45,747 nucleotides of DNA, taken from Candidatus Hodarchaeum mangrovi. Lineage in GTDB: Archaea; Asgardarchaeota; Heimdallarchaeia; Hodarchaeales; Hodarchaeaceae. Positions 28,219 to 37,800 of this stretch are shown here, piece by piece. The notes under the pieces are model-generated. The model ran no database searches. It worked only from the letters and a program-made list of their open reading frames with translations, and was not told the DNA's origin. The first letter of the stretch is position 1; every line of letters starts with the position of its first letter. The DNA is taken from the NCBI GenBank assembly GCA_016839515.1, contig JAEOUE010000230.1:1-45747 (forward strand), given 5' to 3'. The position numbers and the translations under genes were made by a program.

Positions 28219-29286
28219 ATGGATTTAGAGAGTATAAAGACCATTCAGGGAGAATTATCTGAAATTATTGGCGTTAGTGGATATGAAAAACCAGTAGTGG
28301 ATTATATCATTCCTCATATTGAAGGTTATGTAGATAAATTCTGGATTGATCGCCTAGGATCGTTATTAGTAGTCAAAAATGGCAATTCAACTAGTGATAC
28401 GCCCGAAAAGATAATGTTAGATGCCCATATTGATGAAATAGGATTTATGGTAAGTCATATTGAAAAAAAAGGATTTTTAAGATTTGTACCGATAGGAGGG
28501 TGGGATACTCGAACATTACTAGGACAAGCAGTAAAAGTTCTTGGAGATAACTCTAGAAGTCATGATGGTATTATTGGATCTAAACCACCTCACCTGACAA
28601 CAGAAGCTGAAAGGAAAAAACCTCTAGAAATAAAAGATATGTATATTGATTTAGGAATGAATGAAACTGAATTACAAGAGGCAGGAATTTCTATCGGATC
28701 AACAGGAACATTATATGATCCCTTTGTTGATCTTGGGAATGGTATGATTAGAGGAAAAGCGTTTGACGATAGAACAGGCGTGAATATCCTTATTCATATA
28801 ATTCGTGAATTTAGTCAAATTTCTCATGAAAATACCTTAGTATTTAGCTTCTCAACCCAAGAAGAAGTCGGTGGGCGTGGAGCTGCAACAGCAACTGCCC
28901 AATTGAATCCTACAATGGCTATAGCTTTAGAAAATACAACAGCAGGAGATGTTCCAGGCATTCCAGACGCTGAATGTCCAGCATATATCGGAAAAGGACC
29001 AGCTATTACTGTTGCAGATCGTTCTATGCTGGCACATCCCATGATTAATCGACGTCTTATTGAAAATGCTAGAATGGAAGGGATTCCTTTTCAAATTAAA
29101 AAACCAATATTTGGTGGGACAAATGCAGGACGTATTCATCAAATTGGAGAAGGGGTTCCTGCATCAGTAGTTTCAGTTCCCTGTAGATATATTCACTCTC
29201 CTACATCATTATTAGCCTTAAGCGACATTCACCATAGTATAAGAATGATTTCAGTCTTTATTCGAAATCCAGCAGGAATTAAATAG
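28219..29286 (+). CDS. M42 family aminopeptidase (TET-like)
   Basis: GVSGYE, DAHIDEIGF, IGGWD, KPPH, KAFDDRTG, QEEVGGRGA, PCRYIHSP. Confidence 0.95.
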   Translation: MDLESIKTIQGELSEIIGVSGYEKPVVDYIIPHIEGYVDKFWIDRLGSLLVVKNGNSTSDTPEKIMLDAHIDEIGFMVSHIEKKGFLRFVPIGGWDTRTLLGQAVKVLGDNSRSHDGIIGSKPPHLTTEAERKKPLEIKDMYIDLGMNETELQEAGISIGSTGTLYDPFVDLGNGMIRGKAFDDRTGVNILIHIIREFSQISHENTLVFSFSTQEEVGGRGAATATAQLNPTMAIALENTTAGDVPGIPDAECPAYIGKGPAITVADRSMLAHPMINRRLIENARMEGIPFQIKKPIFGGTNAGRIHQIGEGVPASVVSVPCRYIHSPTSLLALSDIHHSIRMISVFIRNPAGIK

Positions 29287-29403
29287 CTTTAATTCCAAAA
29301 ACAATAACTCTAAAATAATAGCTTAGATTTTTTTTTCCGCCTATGAAAAGTAAAATCTTATAATAATTTTCCCTGTTGAATATTAAGTTGAGTATAAAAC
29401 AAA

Positions 29404-31791
29404 GTGATTATTATGACTGAGGAATCTGTGATTATCGATTTACAAAACCTTAAGAGTAAGGACTCAAACCAAAAATGGGAAGCAGTAAACAATCTAAAAT
29501 CTTTCCTGAAATCTAATCCTTCTGATTATCGATCTAAGTTAATTGTCAAATCTTTTTTAATATTAGTAAAAGATTCGGATGATAGAATTAGAGAAACAAC
29601 CTTTTCAACCCTTATTACGATACTTACAGATTTTAAACAAGTCGAAGATCTCGTTATTAATGGATTTAATGATGCCAATCCTGGAGTAAGAGCTCTCGCC
29701 TTAGAATGGATGAATGTAAATAAATATCCTAAATTGACTGATTTTACAATACGTTCTTTGAAAGATCCTAAGGAAGTTGTACAAAAAATTGCACTTGATA
29801 TAGTAGCGTCACAAGAAATTCATGGTATTGAAAATATTTTAACAAATATGCTTCAAACAAGTATAAATGCCTCAACGGGACTTCGAAGATCTATAATTTA
29901 TGCTCTAGGAAAACTTAAAACCGAACAAGCCATAGGATTGCTTCTAGAAATTATGCAGAACAAAAATTATGATGATTGGACCCGAAACCAAGCAAGTTCA
30001 GCTTTAGAACATATGGGGGGTAGTGAATTAATTATTCCTTTTCTTAAAAACTTAATTGACCCTAATGAATATGTACGAGAAACTGCAGCTTCTTATCTTA
30101 GTAAAAATAAAGAAAATATTGTTCCAATTATTCGAAGATCAAGGCAGATTGAATTTCTAGCTTTTTTAAAATTTGGATCTGAAAATACTAAGAAGGATTT
30201 TTCTGATAATTTACACATTCTTTTGATTGATTTAGAGCCAGAGCTGAAAGAATTTCATAAGAAATTGCTAGAAAAAGAAAAATTTACATTCAAAGAAATT
30301 TCTAGTCAATTAAACACTAGTGAATTAGCAGTCAAAATATTAATTAATGAAATTTTAGAAATTCCACTTTTAGAGCTAAAAGATGGCAGTTTAATGACTG
30401 AAACAGGGCTTATAAAGCTAATTACTAGTTTGATTAATGAAAAAAGATCTCTATATTTCCCTGAGTTAATTAAAAAGGATCCTTTTAAAGGAATTCAGTC
30501 AGAAAATATTAAAGCTATTTCAAATAAAATAGATAGTATACAATGGAGTTCTCCGAATTTTATTGTCCATAAAACCGAGCTAGAAGAAATTTACAATACC
30601 CTACAAACTTCAGGAATATTATCGCTAAAAGAAATAGCAAAAATGCTTAATCAACCAGTTGAAAGAATTAAAATCGAGCTAATAGATGAATTTAAAGAGG
30701 AAATTCAAGGATGGTATAATTCCTTAGGAGAATTTTTTACAATAGATTATTTAACTCGCATAATCAATGAAAAAATTTCAAAGGATAAAATTTTAGCAGT
30801 CCCAGTACTCTTAAAATCACTTGGTAATCCAAAAGTCGATACTGAAAAAATAAAAGAAATAATAAAGCATACTCATGAAGGGAAATGGCTCGATGATATT
30901 CAAGTTTTTATTGACATTTCTGAATTTAATAACCTGATAGAGAACGCCTCTCGTTTAGATGAGGGAATAGTTCAGCACTTACTGAAGCACATAGATTTAA
31001 ACTTTTCTATTTTTTTAAATAGCCTTAAAAAGATTGTAACCATTAAAACATTTAAAACAAAAGATGGAAAATTAATATCTTTGGAATCATTGTATCAACC
31101 AATCCAAGAAAGAATTATTGGAAAAGGTTATCTTTCAATTTTAACACTTTTGAACGAATCTAAGCTCGATAAATCTCTTCAGAATGAAATATTAGATTAT
31201 ATCTCCAATGAGTTTTCAGGACGTTTTAATATAGATAAAACATACTTTTTCTCTGAAGAGTTAATTCTTAAAGTTGAAGAAGAAGTAAAATTATTTTCCC
31301 GTTTAAATTTCGATATAATAGCTTATAAGCTTGATCTACCTAAAATTATTGTAGAAATAATAATTCAACAAATTTTGGTTATTAAAGGCTTTGTGAACAA
31401 GACTGGGGAATTTATTACTAGTAAGGGTATAAAAGAAGAAATTAATCGAATTCTTGAATACAAAGGAGAAATTCCTTTGGGAGAATTATTTGAGGTATTA
31501 GAAATTTCTGAGGATGAAAAACATCAAGAAACAGTTCGTAATTTGATTCTTTCAGAAAAAAAATTCATTCAGGGAGCAAATCAACAAATATTCTTTACAC
31601 AAAAGAGAGCAATGAATATCGTTTTATTTTTTTTAAAAAAACCTGAAACAAGAACGAAGGAACTTATTGAATGGGCTGAATTGATAAATTTAACTAATCT
31701 TCCTAAAGAAATTCTCAAACAAATTTTAGAGTCATTGGTATCTAATCAATTAATTCCAGGTGTCTTAGATAAGAAAGGTTATCGTCCATAA
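29404..31791 (+). CDS. HEAT-repeat protein with a C-terminal array of winged-helix (PCI/UFL1-like) repeats
   Basis: HEAT-like units in the first ~240 aa (DSDDRIRE, DANPGVRALA, DPKEVVQKIA, DDWTRNQA, DPNEYVRETA). Then repeated helix-helix-G(W/F)..G.F.T units, ending LVSNQLIPGVLDKKGY. Confidence 0.7.
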   Translation: MIIMTEESVIIDLQNLKSKDSNQKWEAVNNLKSFLKSNPSDYRSKLIVKSFLILVKDSDDRIRETTFSTLITILTDFKQVEDLVINGFNDANPGVRALALEWMNVNKYPKLTDFTIRSLKDPKEVVQKIALDIVASQEIHGIENILTNMLQTSINASTGLRRSIIYALGKLKTEQAIGLLLEIMQNKNYDDWTRNQASSALEHMGGSELIIPFLKNLIDPNEYVRETAASYLSKNKENIVPIIRRSRQIEFLAFLKFGSENTKKDFSDNLHILLIDLEPELKEFHKKLLEKEKFTFKEISSQLNTSELAVKILINEILEIPLLELKDGSLMTETGLIKLITSLINEKRSLYFPELIKKDPFKGIQSENIKAISNKIDSIQWSSPNFIVHKTELEEIYNTLQTSGILSLKEIAKMLNQPVERIKIELIDEFKEEIQGWYNSLGEFFTIDYLTRIINEKISKDKILAVPVLLKSLGNPKVDTEKIKEIIKHTHEGKWLDDIQVFIDISEFNNLIENASRLDEGIVQHLLKHIDLNFSIFLNSLKKIVTIKTFKTKDGKLISLESLYQPIQERIIGKGYLSILTLLNESKLDKSLQNEILDYISNEFSGRFNIDKTYFFSEELILKVEEEVKLFSRLNFDIIAYKLDLPKIIVEIIIQQILVIKGFVNKTGEFITSKGIKEEINRILEYKGEIPLGELFEVLEISEDEKHQETVRNLILSEKKFIQGANQQIFFTQKRAMNIVLFFLKKPETRTKELIEWAELINLTNLPKEILKQILESLVSNQLIPGVLDKKGYRP

Positions 31792-31827
31792 ATGGACTAT
31801 TTCAGATCTCAAGAATGTGAATAAGTA

Positions 31828-32547
31828 ATGTCGAAGCTATTACATATTATTGTAGATCATCGTGAACCCAATTCATTAAAAAACCATTTACGTAAACTAG
31901 AAATGAACGTTGAAGAAGCACATCTTGATATTGCCGATTATATCATCTCAGATCAAGTAGCGTGTGAACGAAAAACTGGGACTGATTTAATCGCTTCTAT
32001 TATGGATAGTAGATTGTTTGAACAAATTGATCGCTTAATTGAAACTTATGATCAACCTGTTTTAATCATTGAAAATTTAACAGCTGCATTTGAACGAGTT
32101 GAATGGAAAAAGAGGAAAAAGCATGTCTATGGAGCCTTGACTTATATTTTCTTAAAACGTCAACTTCCAATAATTCCAACGTCAAAAGTGAGTGAAACTG
32201 CGATAGTTCTCAACCGAATTGCCTCTTGGGTTCAGGAAGATAAATCTGATCCTTTAATTGCTAGGAAATCTCCTAAGAAAAGAAATTTAAGAGACAATCA
32301 AATATTCTTTTTACAGGGATTGCATAATACTGGTCAAAAGAAAGCAGAAATACTTTTAGATCATTTTAATCAAAGCCCAACCAATGTAATAAAAGGAATA
32401 TTAAAGTCCAAGGTAATTTATACAAAGACAGGAAATCCTAAAGGATTGGAGGGTCCATTTGAGAAACTGGAAGGATTTGGACCTAAATATTTAATAGAAA
32501 ATAAAAAAATTCTAGGTTCTTCTGAAAAAGAAAAAAACCCTAATTAA
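31828..32547 (+). CDS. xpf: ERCC4/XPF-family structure-specific endonuclease, short form (nuclease + HhH)
   Basis: IIVDHRE, ADYII, CERKTGTD, SRLFEQ; HhH-like GLHNTGQKKA and LEGFGPK. Confidence 0.9.
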   Translation: MSKLLHIIVDHREPNSLKNHLRKLEMNVEEAHLDIADYIISDQVACERKTGTDLIASIMDSRLFEQIDRLIETYDQPVLIIENLTAAFERVEWKKRKKHVYGALTYIFLKRQLPIIPTSKVSETAIVLNRIASWVQEDKSDPLIARKSPKKRNLRDNQIFFLQGLHNTGQKKAEILLDHFNQSPTNVIKGILKSKVIYTKTGNPKGLEGPFEKLEGFGPKYLIENKKILGSSEKEKNPN

Positions 32548-32786
32548 ATCTTTGACCAATGAAGTGTAGATTCCCATACCCCTATCTCAATCATATCACT
32601 TAAAATACATCCAAGACGTAGATTTTGACGACAATACATAATCCAAGGACAATCCAATTCACAAAATGGGTGTGGAGGATTTTCTAGTCGTTTTTTTAAT
32701 ATTAAAAGTTCTTCTAAGAATAGTTGTTTAATGATGGATGGTTTTACATTATCTGAAAAAAAATAATTAACAGAGTCGGATTCCAT
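32544..32786 (-). CDS. Small Cys-rich hypothetical protein
   Basis: 80 aa with HPFCELDCPWIMYC...GC; GAAGG immediately before the ATG; convergent 4-nt overlap with xpf. Confidence 0.5.
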   Translation of the reverse strand: MESDSVNYFFSDNVKPSIIKQLFLEELLILKKRLENPPHPFCELDCPWIMYCRQNLRLGCILSDMIEIGVWESTLHWSKI

Positions 32787-32913
32787 CCTTCAATCAAATG
32801 ATTTTAAAGCTCAACTTCTTTAAAAACGCTTCTATCAGCTTTAAATATAATTTAAGACAGGGAGATAATTGAAAGTATTGAATGTGAGGTGATTCAATAA
32901 TATGAAAAATCAT

Positions 32914-33726
32914 TCATTTAGAGGAAGGCATTTCATAGCTAAAGGTTAAATCTGGAAATACTTTTTCTCGAACTTCTTTGTTGTATTGCTGAACAGCTAA
33001 TAATATTTGATCTTTTATATTGGCATACCTCTTTACAAATTTAGCCTTAAAATCAAAGTAACCTAGCATGTCATAAGTAACAAGGACTTGACCATCACAA
33101 TAAGGACCAGCGCCAATACCAATTGTAGGGATTGAAATTGCTTCTGTTATTTTTTTTGCTACTTCCCATGGTATTGCTTCTAATACCAATGCAAATATTC
33201 CTGCTTTCTCTAATGCTTTAGCTTCATTTAATATAAATCTAGCTGATTCCTCAGAACGAGCCTGTACTTTAAATCCACCAAATTTATGATAGGATTGAGG
33301 AGTTAGTCCAAGATGGCCCATAACAGGGATTCCCGCATCTAGAATTTTCTCGATTGATGTAACCCTCTCACTTCCACCTTCTAATTTGATTGCCTCTGCA
33401 TTTCCTTCTTGAACAAGCTTCACTGAATTTCTCACTGCTTCTTCAGGAGATACTTGAAATGTACCAAAAGGTAAGTCTCCAATTACTAAAGCAGATTTCG
33501 CTCCTTGAGCCACAGCTTGCGTATGACGAATAGAATCCTCTAGGGTAACTTTCAATGTCGTTTGATGTCCAAAAACAACCATTCCCATGGTATCACCTAC
33601 GAGTAACATGTCAGTCCCTGCTTCATCTAATATTGATGCCATTACATGATCATAAGCAGTGAGCATAGTAATTTTAATGTTATTTTTCTTCATTTCCATT
33701 ATATCAATGACATTTTTCTTCTTCAT
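32914..33726 (-). CDS. panB: 3-methyl-2-oxobutanoate hydroxymethyltransferase
   Basis: MLTAYD, LLVGD, DLPF, KLEGG, GHLGLTPQ, IGIGAG, DGQVLV. Confidence 0.97.
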   Translation of the reverse strand: MKKKNVIDIMEMKKNNIKITMLTAYDHVMASILDEAGTDMLLVGDTMGMVVFGHQTTLKVTLEDSIRHTQAVAQGAKSALVIGDLPFGTFQVSPEEAVRNSVKLVQEGNAEAIKLEGGSERVTSIEKILDAGIPVMGHLGLTPQSYHKFGGFKVQARSEESARFILNEAKALEKAGIFALVLEAIPWEVAKKITEAISIPTIGIGAGPYCDGQVLVTYDMLGYFDFKAKFVKRYANIKDQILLAVQQYNKEVREKVFPDLTFSYEMPSSK

Positions 33727-33735
33727 CAGATCACC

Positions 33736-34527
33736 TTAACTTAGATTAAACAATTTCTCTTCACGAGAAAGTAAAATTAATCGATCAGCCATAAATTTCA
33801 ATGATTCTTGCAATAATGCTTTATTATTTAATTTCATAAGTTGATTCGTTATTGAATCATGAGAACATGCTCTATATTCTTCTACAAACTTTATCATTTC
33901 TGGAACTGCCCTGATGATATTGTTTGTTATTGTAACTGAGGCAGCAAGTGATGTTCTGGACAAAGGGTTGAGGTCGATTGTTATAACTGATTTTCCTAAT
34001 TTTCGTAAAGCCAGAGTACGATCCCCATCTTCAAGGGGAACGAAAACACAATCTGAACTTGCAATCCCACGAGAATCAACAATTCTACGAGAATGAGACA
34101 ATTCTTTTATAATCTCCTGATAGTCTGGGTCTATACCAAGCAAATGATCAGCCCCTGCTTTTAATAAAACCTCTTTGATAGCGTCTTCACGCTCTTTTGA
34201 CCTATAAAACAGATTTATTTCAAGAGGAGCATTGACTATTTTACTAAATCGAACAATATCATTAGGACAAAGTGCTGCTACATTCCCATTCACAGAAATA
34301 ATTGGATGTTTTGCTTCTAAAAGATTTAATACAGCTAATCTTTCCTGTTTTAACGCAAATGGAGGAGTTTCTTCTCCTAAAATATAATCAAAAGCCTCTC
34401 CTCTTCCATGAGCTATTAAACCTGCTTCAGCTACTACTTTATTATGCATGCCATTTATAATAGATTCTCTTATAGTTAATGATAGATATCTAGGATGATC
34501 TTTAGGAATTTGATGGTTTCTCATCAT
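33736..34527 (-). CDS. pps: 4-phosphopantoate--beta-alanine ligase (archaeal phosphopantothenate synthetase)
   Basis: IPKDHPRYLSL, GLIAHGRGEAFDY, ISVNGN, VPLEDGDR, IDLNPLSRT. Confidence 0.95.
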   Translation of the reverse strand: MMRNHQIPKDHPRYLSLTIRESIINGMHNKVVAEAGLIAHGRGEAFDYILGEETPPFALKQERLAVLNLLEAKHPIISVNGNVAALCPNDIVRFSKIVNAPLEINLFYRSKEREDAIKEVLLKAGADHLLGIDPDYQEIIKELSHSRRIVDSRGIASSDCVFVPLEDGDRTLALRKLGKSVITIDLNPLSRTSLAASVTITNNIIRAVPEMIKFVEEYRACSHDSITNQLMKLNNKALLQESLKFMADRLILLSREEKLFNLS

Positions 34528-35411
34528 GATAACCTTTGTAAAGTTTTATAACAAATTTCTTCTTTTCGTATTAAATCTGAATCTAGGTTTAACTCATATA
34601 AATCATCATCATTCTGATAAAAAAGTAAAATTGCGTCTCCTAACATGATTTGAGACCCAAATATGCTACTAGGAAGATTTAAAATAATTTTTTTAACTTT
34701 CTCAGACCAAAGTTGAACACCTAAGGTAAATTTATTCGCTATTTTGATAAAATTACTAAATATAGGATTAAGAAGTAATTGGTCAATCAGTGCTGCCCCT
34801 GTTGAATTAACCCTAAACCGTTTATCAGAATCTGAAAGTACACTTGATGTAGGTAAACCACTAAAGGATATAGTTGCGATTTTCCACTTTTGATCCATTT
34901 CTATGCCAATTGTTTCTCCATAACCAGGAGCCCCTGCTCTAATACGGATCTCTAAGCCTCCTTGATATAATGCAATAATATCACCTAGTCCAGATTTAGT
35001 TAAAACTTCAGATCTATGGGCAATTTGATATAATGTCAAATCATTATAACCTAATTCAAAAAAATCGTTAATACAGAACGCTGCACCTAATGCTCCAGCA
35101 GCAGATGCTCCAAATCCTCCTCCAATTGGGATATCAAAAGAATGACTAATTATGAAATTTTGTTGTTCTTCTGGAGAAAGTAATAAATTCATAACTTGTA
35201 CGGAGACCATTGAATCTGATAAAGGCTGATTTTTGCCATTGAAATGAATTTCAGGCTCTTTTTTATTATTATCTAGGATGGTAGTAGTTACACCTCTTTT
35301 AATAGAAATTCCAGCACCACGAGAACCTTTTTCTAATATATTAGATGATTGGTCACGAATTTCAAAAATGCAAGTCAAATGAGCCGCGATCCAATAACTA
35401 GGACACTTCAT
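34524..35411 (-). CDS. pok: Pantoate kinase (GHMP family)
   Basis: HLTCIF, GSRGAG, PIGGGFGASAA, AHRSEV..SGLGD, GAPG, QIMLG; operon context. Confidence 0.92.
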   Translation of the reverse strand: MKCPSYWIAAHLTCIFEIRDQSSNILEKGSRGAGISIKRGVTTTILDNNKKEPEIHFNGKNQPLSDSMVSVQVMNLLLSPEEQQNFIISHSFDIPIGGGFGASAAGALGAAFCINDFFELGYNDLTLYQIAHRSEVLTKSGLGDIIALYQGGLEIRIRAGAPGYGETIGIEMDQKWKIATISFSGLPTSSVLSDSDKRFRVNSTGAALIDQLLLNPIFSNFIKIANKFTLGVQLWSEKVKKIILNLPSSIFGSQIMLGDAILLFYQNDDDLYELNLDSDLIRKEEICYKTLQRLS

Positions 35412-35423
35412 TAAGCTAATCCT

Positions 35424-36344
35424 TCAGTTCAATGAATGATGTTCAATATGATGTATTAAATCTGTTATAGCTGTATTTATTGGGGCTTTTAATCCTAATC
35501 GACGGCTTTCACGTACAATAAATCCATTAATAAAGTCAATTTCAGTTTTTCGCTTCCTTTCAACGTCTTGAAGCATACTACATTTATTTTTCTTCGTTTT
35601 CTCAAGTACACTAAGTGTAAAGTCTCGAGTCTCAGAGAAATCAACTTCAGGGAGGTTAATTTGAGCGATAGCCAATCCTTCTTCTATAATTGCATTAAAA
35701 ATCTTTTTAATAGAAGATTTCTCTAAAATCTTTCCATTAGGAACCTGTAAAATTGCTCCCAAAGGACAAATAGCTGCATTTACCAATAATTTCTGCCACA
35801 TTTTAACTTCTATATCAGGTGTAAATTGAATTGCAAAACCTGAACTTGATATAATTTTTTGAATTCTATTACTAAATCCATTTTCAGAACCCTGAACTTG
35901 ACCAAAAACTGTTTTCCCGGATGCAACATGATTAACAGTTCCAGGATAAACTAACTCAGCTGCTTCTGTAGTTATTGCACGGAAAATCGGATTTCGAGAA
36001 AATTTAGACATAAAAATTTCTTCATTTCCCATACCATTCTGGAGTACAACTAATGGGACATCAGCTCGAATTTTCTGATGGAGACTATCTGCAACAATTG
36101 GATTGGAATATGCCTTTGTAGTAATGAAGATTGCTTCAGAAGAGACTATTTCATTGGGAAATACAGTGTCAGCAGGTAAATGGGTTAGTATCTCTTCATA
36201 TTCCTCAATAATCCGTAATCCATGGCGATTAATCTCTGATATGTGAGGATCTCTGCCGATTACAGATGTTGAATGGCCCGAGTAGGCTATTTTCCCAGCA
36301 AAAAGTGATCCAATACTCCCAGCACCAAATACAGTTATAGGCAT
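35424..36344 (-). CDS. panE: 2-dehydropantoate 2-reductase
   Basis: GAGSIG, TKAY, LQNGMG, WQKLLVN, SMLQD, TEIDFING. Confidence 0.95.
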   Translation of the reverse strand: MPITVFGAGSIGSLFAGKIAYSGHSTSVIGRDPHISEINRHGLRIIEEYEEILTHLPADTVFPNEIVSSEAIFITTKAYSNPIVADSLHQKIRADVPLVVLQNGMGNEEIFMSKFSRNPIFRAITTEAAELVYPGTVNHVASGKTVFGQVQGSENGFSNRIQKIISSSGFAIQFTPDIEVKMWQKLLVNAAICPLGAILQVPNGKILEKSSIKKIFNAIIEEGLAIAQINLPEVDFSETRDFTLSVLEKTKKNKCSMLQDVERKRKTEIDFINGFIVRESRRLGLKAPINTAITDLIHHIEHHSLN

Positions 36345-37600
36345 TATACTCCACCTCCTAATTGAAAATCTTCAATAATTAATTTAACTAAATTATGTGC
36401 TATTTGATCTTTTCTAGTTTTAAGATGAATTACTTCTTCCTTACCCTTTCTTAGAATAAATACCTCGTTTGTTTTAGCAATAAAACCTTTTTCAGGCTCT
36501 CCAACCCAATTTGCACAAACAATGTTTAAATTTTTAGAATTAAGTAGTTTTCGTCCTCTAGTGATCAATTCACTTTCTGAAACTCCCACTTCAGCTTTAA
36601 AGGCTAAAATATAAAGGTTTGGATATTGAGTTCTGACTTTATCAATAATCTTAATTGTAGGTACTATTCGAATAAACAAATCTTGTTGTTCTGAAGCTAT
36701 TTTTCCTTTGGAAAACTCAGGTTTATAGTCAGATACTGCAGCAACGGATATGAATCCATGATAATCACCATTGGACAACTCTTCATGTATTAAATTATAC
36801 ATATCAGAGGTTGACCTTACGATCATTGTTTTAAATGCATTATATTCATCTTTAATGTTATTACCCTCTCCTAGTATAAACATAATCTCAGCTCCCTCCG
36901 CAACAAGTGCTTTACAAATTTGAAGTGCAGTAAATCCTGTGGAGGGATTAGAGAGAAATCTAACATTATCAAAATACTCTCTTGTCGCCCCACCACTAAT
37001 CAAGAATCTTTTTCCTGTTAAAAACTTCTTCGGAAGAAGGATTTGAAAAATTAATGTCATTAATTGCTCAAGAGGAGGAAATTTAAACTTTTTTTCATCT
37101 TCGGAAACTGGAGAAAAATAAGCACCAAGTTCTTTAAGGAATAAGACATTTCGTTCTGTAACAGGATTTTCAAGTAAGACAGTATGTGCTGCTGGAACTA
37201 TTAATACTGGTATTTTTGCTCCAATCGCAGCTAAAGATACAAGGGTTACTGAAGTATCTGCGATACCATTTGCTAGTTTAGAAATAGTATTGGCAGATGC
37301 AGGGCAAATCATGCAAAGATCAATTTTACTGTTTGGATCTACAGTCCACTTTATATGTTCTGATAAGCCTGAAATTTCGGTAATGGGTGGTTTATCCATA
37401 CACCACGTAAGGGCATCAATAGCAACAAATCGAGTAGCTTCTGGAGATAATACTACGATTGGTTCCCCTGAATGTCGGATTATTTCACGAATTAAATGAG
37501 GTACTTCAATCGCTGCTATAGAGCCAGTTACGCCAATAAGAATGCGTTTACCCTTTAAATTGGAACTTTTTGTCCCATAAATTTCTAGTATTCCCATCAA
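36344..37600 (-). CDS. coaBC: Bifunctional phosphopantothenoylcysteine decarboxylase / phosphopantothenate--cysteine ligase
   Basis: GVTGSIAA, PASANTISKLANGIAD, GGATREYFDNVRFLSNPSTG, AAVSDY, FKAE. Confidence 0.95.
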   Translation of the reverse strand: MMGILEIYGTKSSNLKGKRILIGVTGSIAAIEVPHLIREIIRHSGEPIVVLSPEATRFVAIDALTWCMDKPPITEISGLSEHIKWTVDPNSKIDLCMICPASANTISKLANGIADTSVTLVSLAAIGAKIPVLIVPAAHTVLLENPVTERNVLFLKELGAYFSPVSEDEKKFKFPPLEQLMTLIFQILLPKKFLTGKRFLISGGATREYFDNVRFLSNPSTGFTALQICKALVAEGAEIMFILGEGNNIKDEYNAFKTMIVRSTSDMYNLIHEELSNGDYHGFISVAAVSDYKPEFSKGKIASEQQDLFIRIVPTIKIIDKVRTQYPNLYILAFKAEVGVSESELITRGRKLLNSKNLNIVCANWVGEPEKGFIAKTNEVFILRKGKEEVIHLKTRKDQIAHNLVKLIIEDFQLGGGV

Positions 37601-37800
37601 TAAGCTCTATATACGATTTAGTTATTTATAATTCAGGGTTATACCCCTTTTTGATGTATATACATATTATACATTGGTACAATTTTGATTAACATTTTAT
37701 GAAAACAAATAAATGTATGCTCTTTTTACTCCTATAACCAATTTAATTAAATACTTAGGGATTTTTTATCTACACTCATTTTAGACAGAGCGAGAAGATT

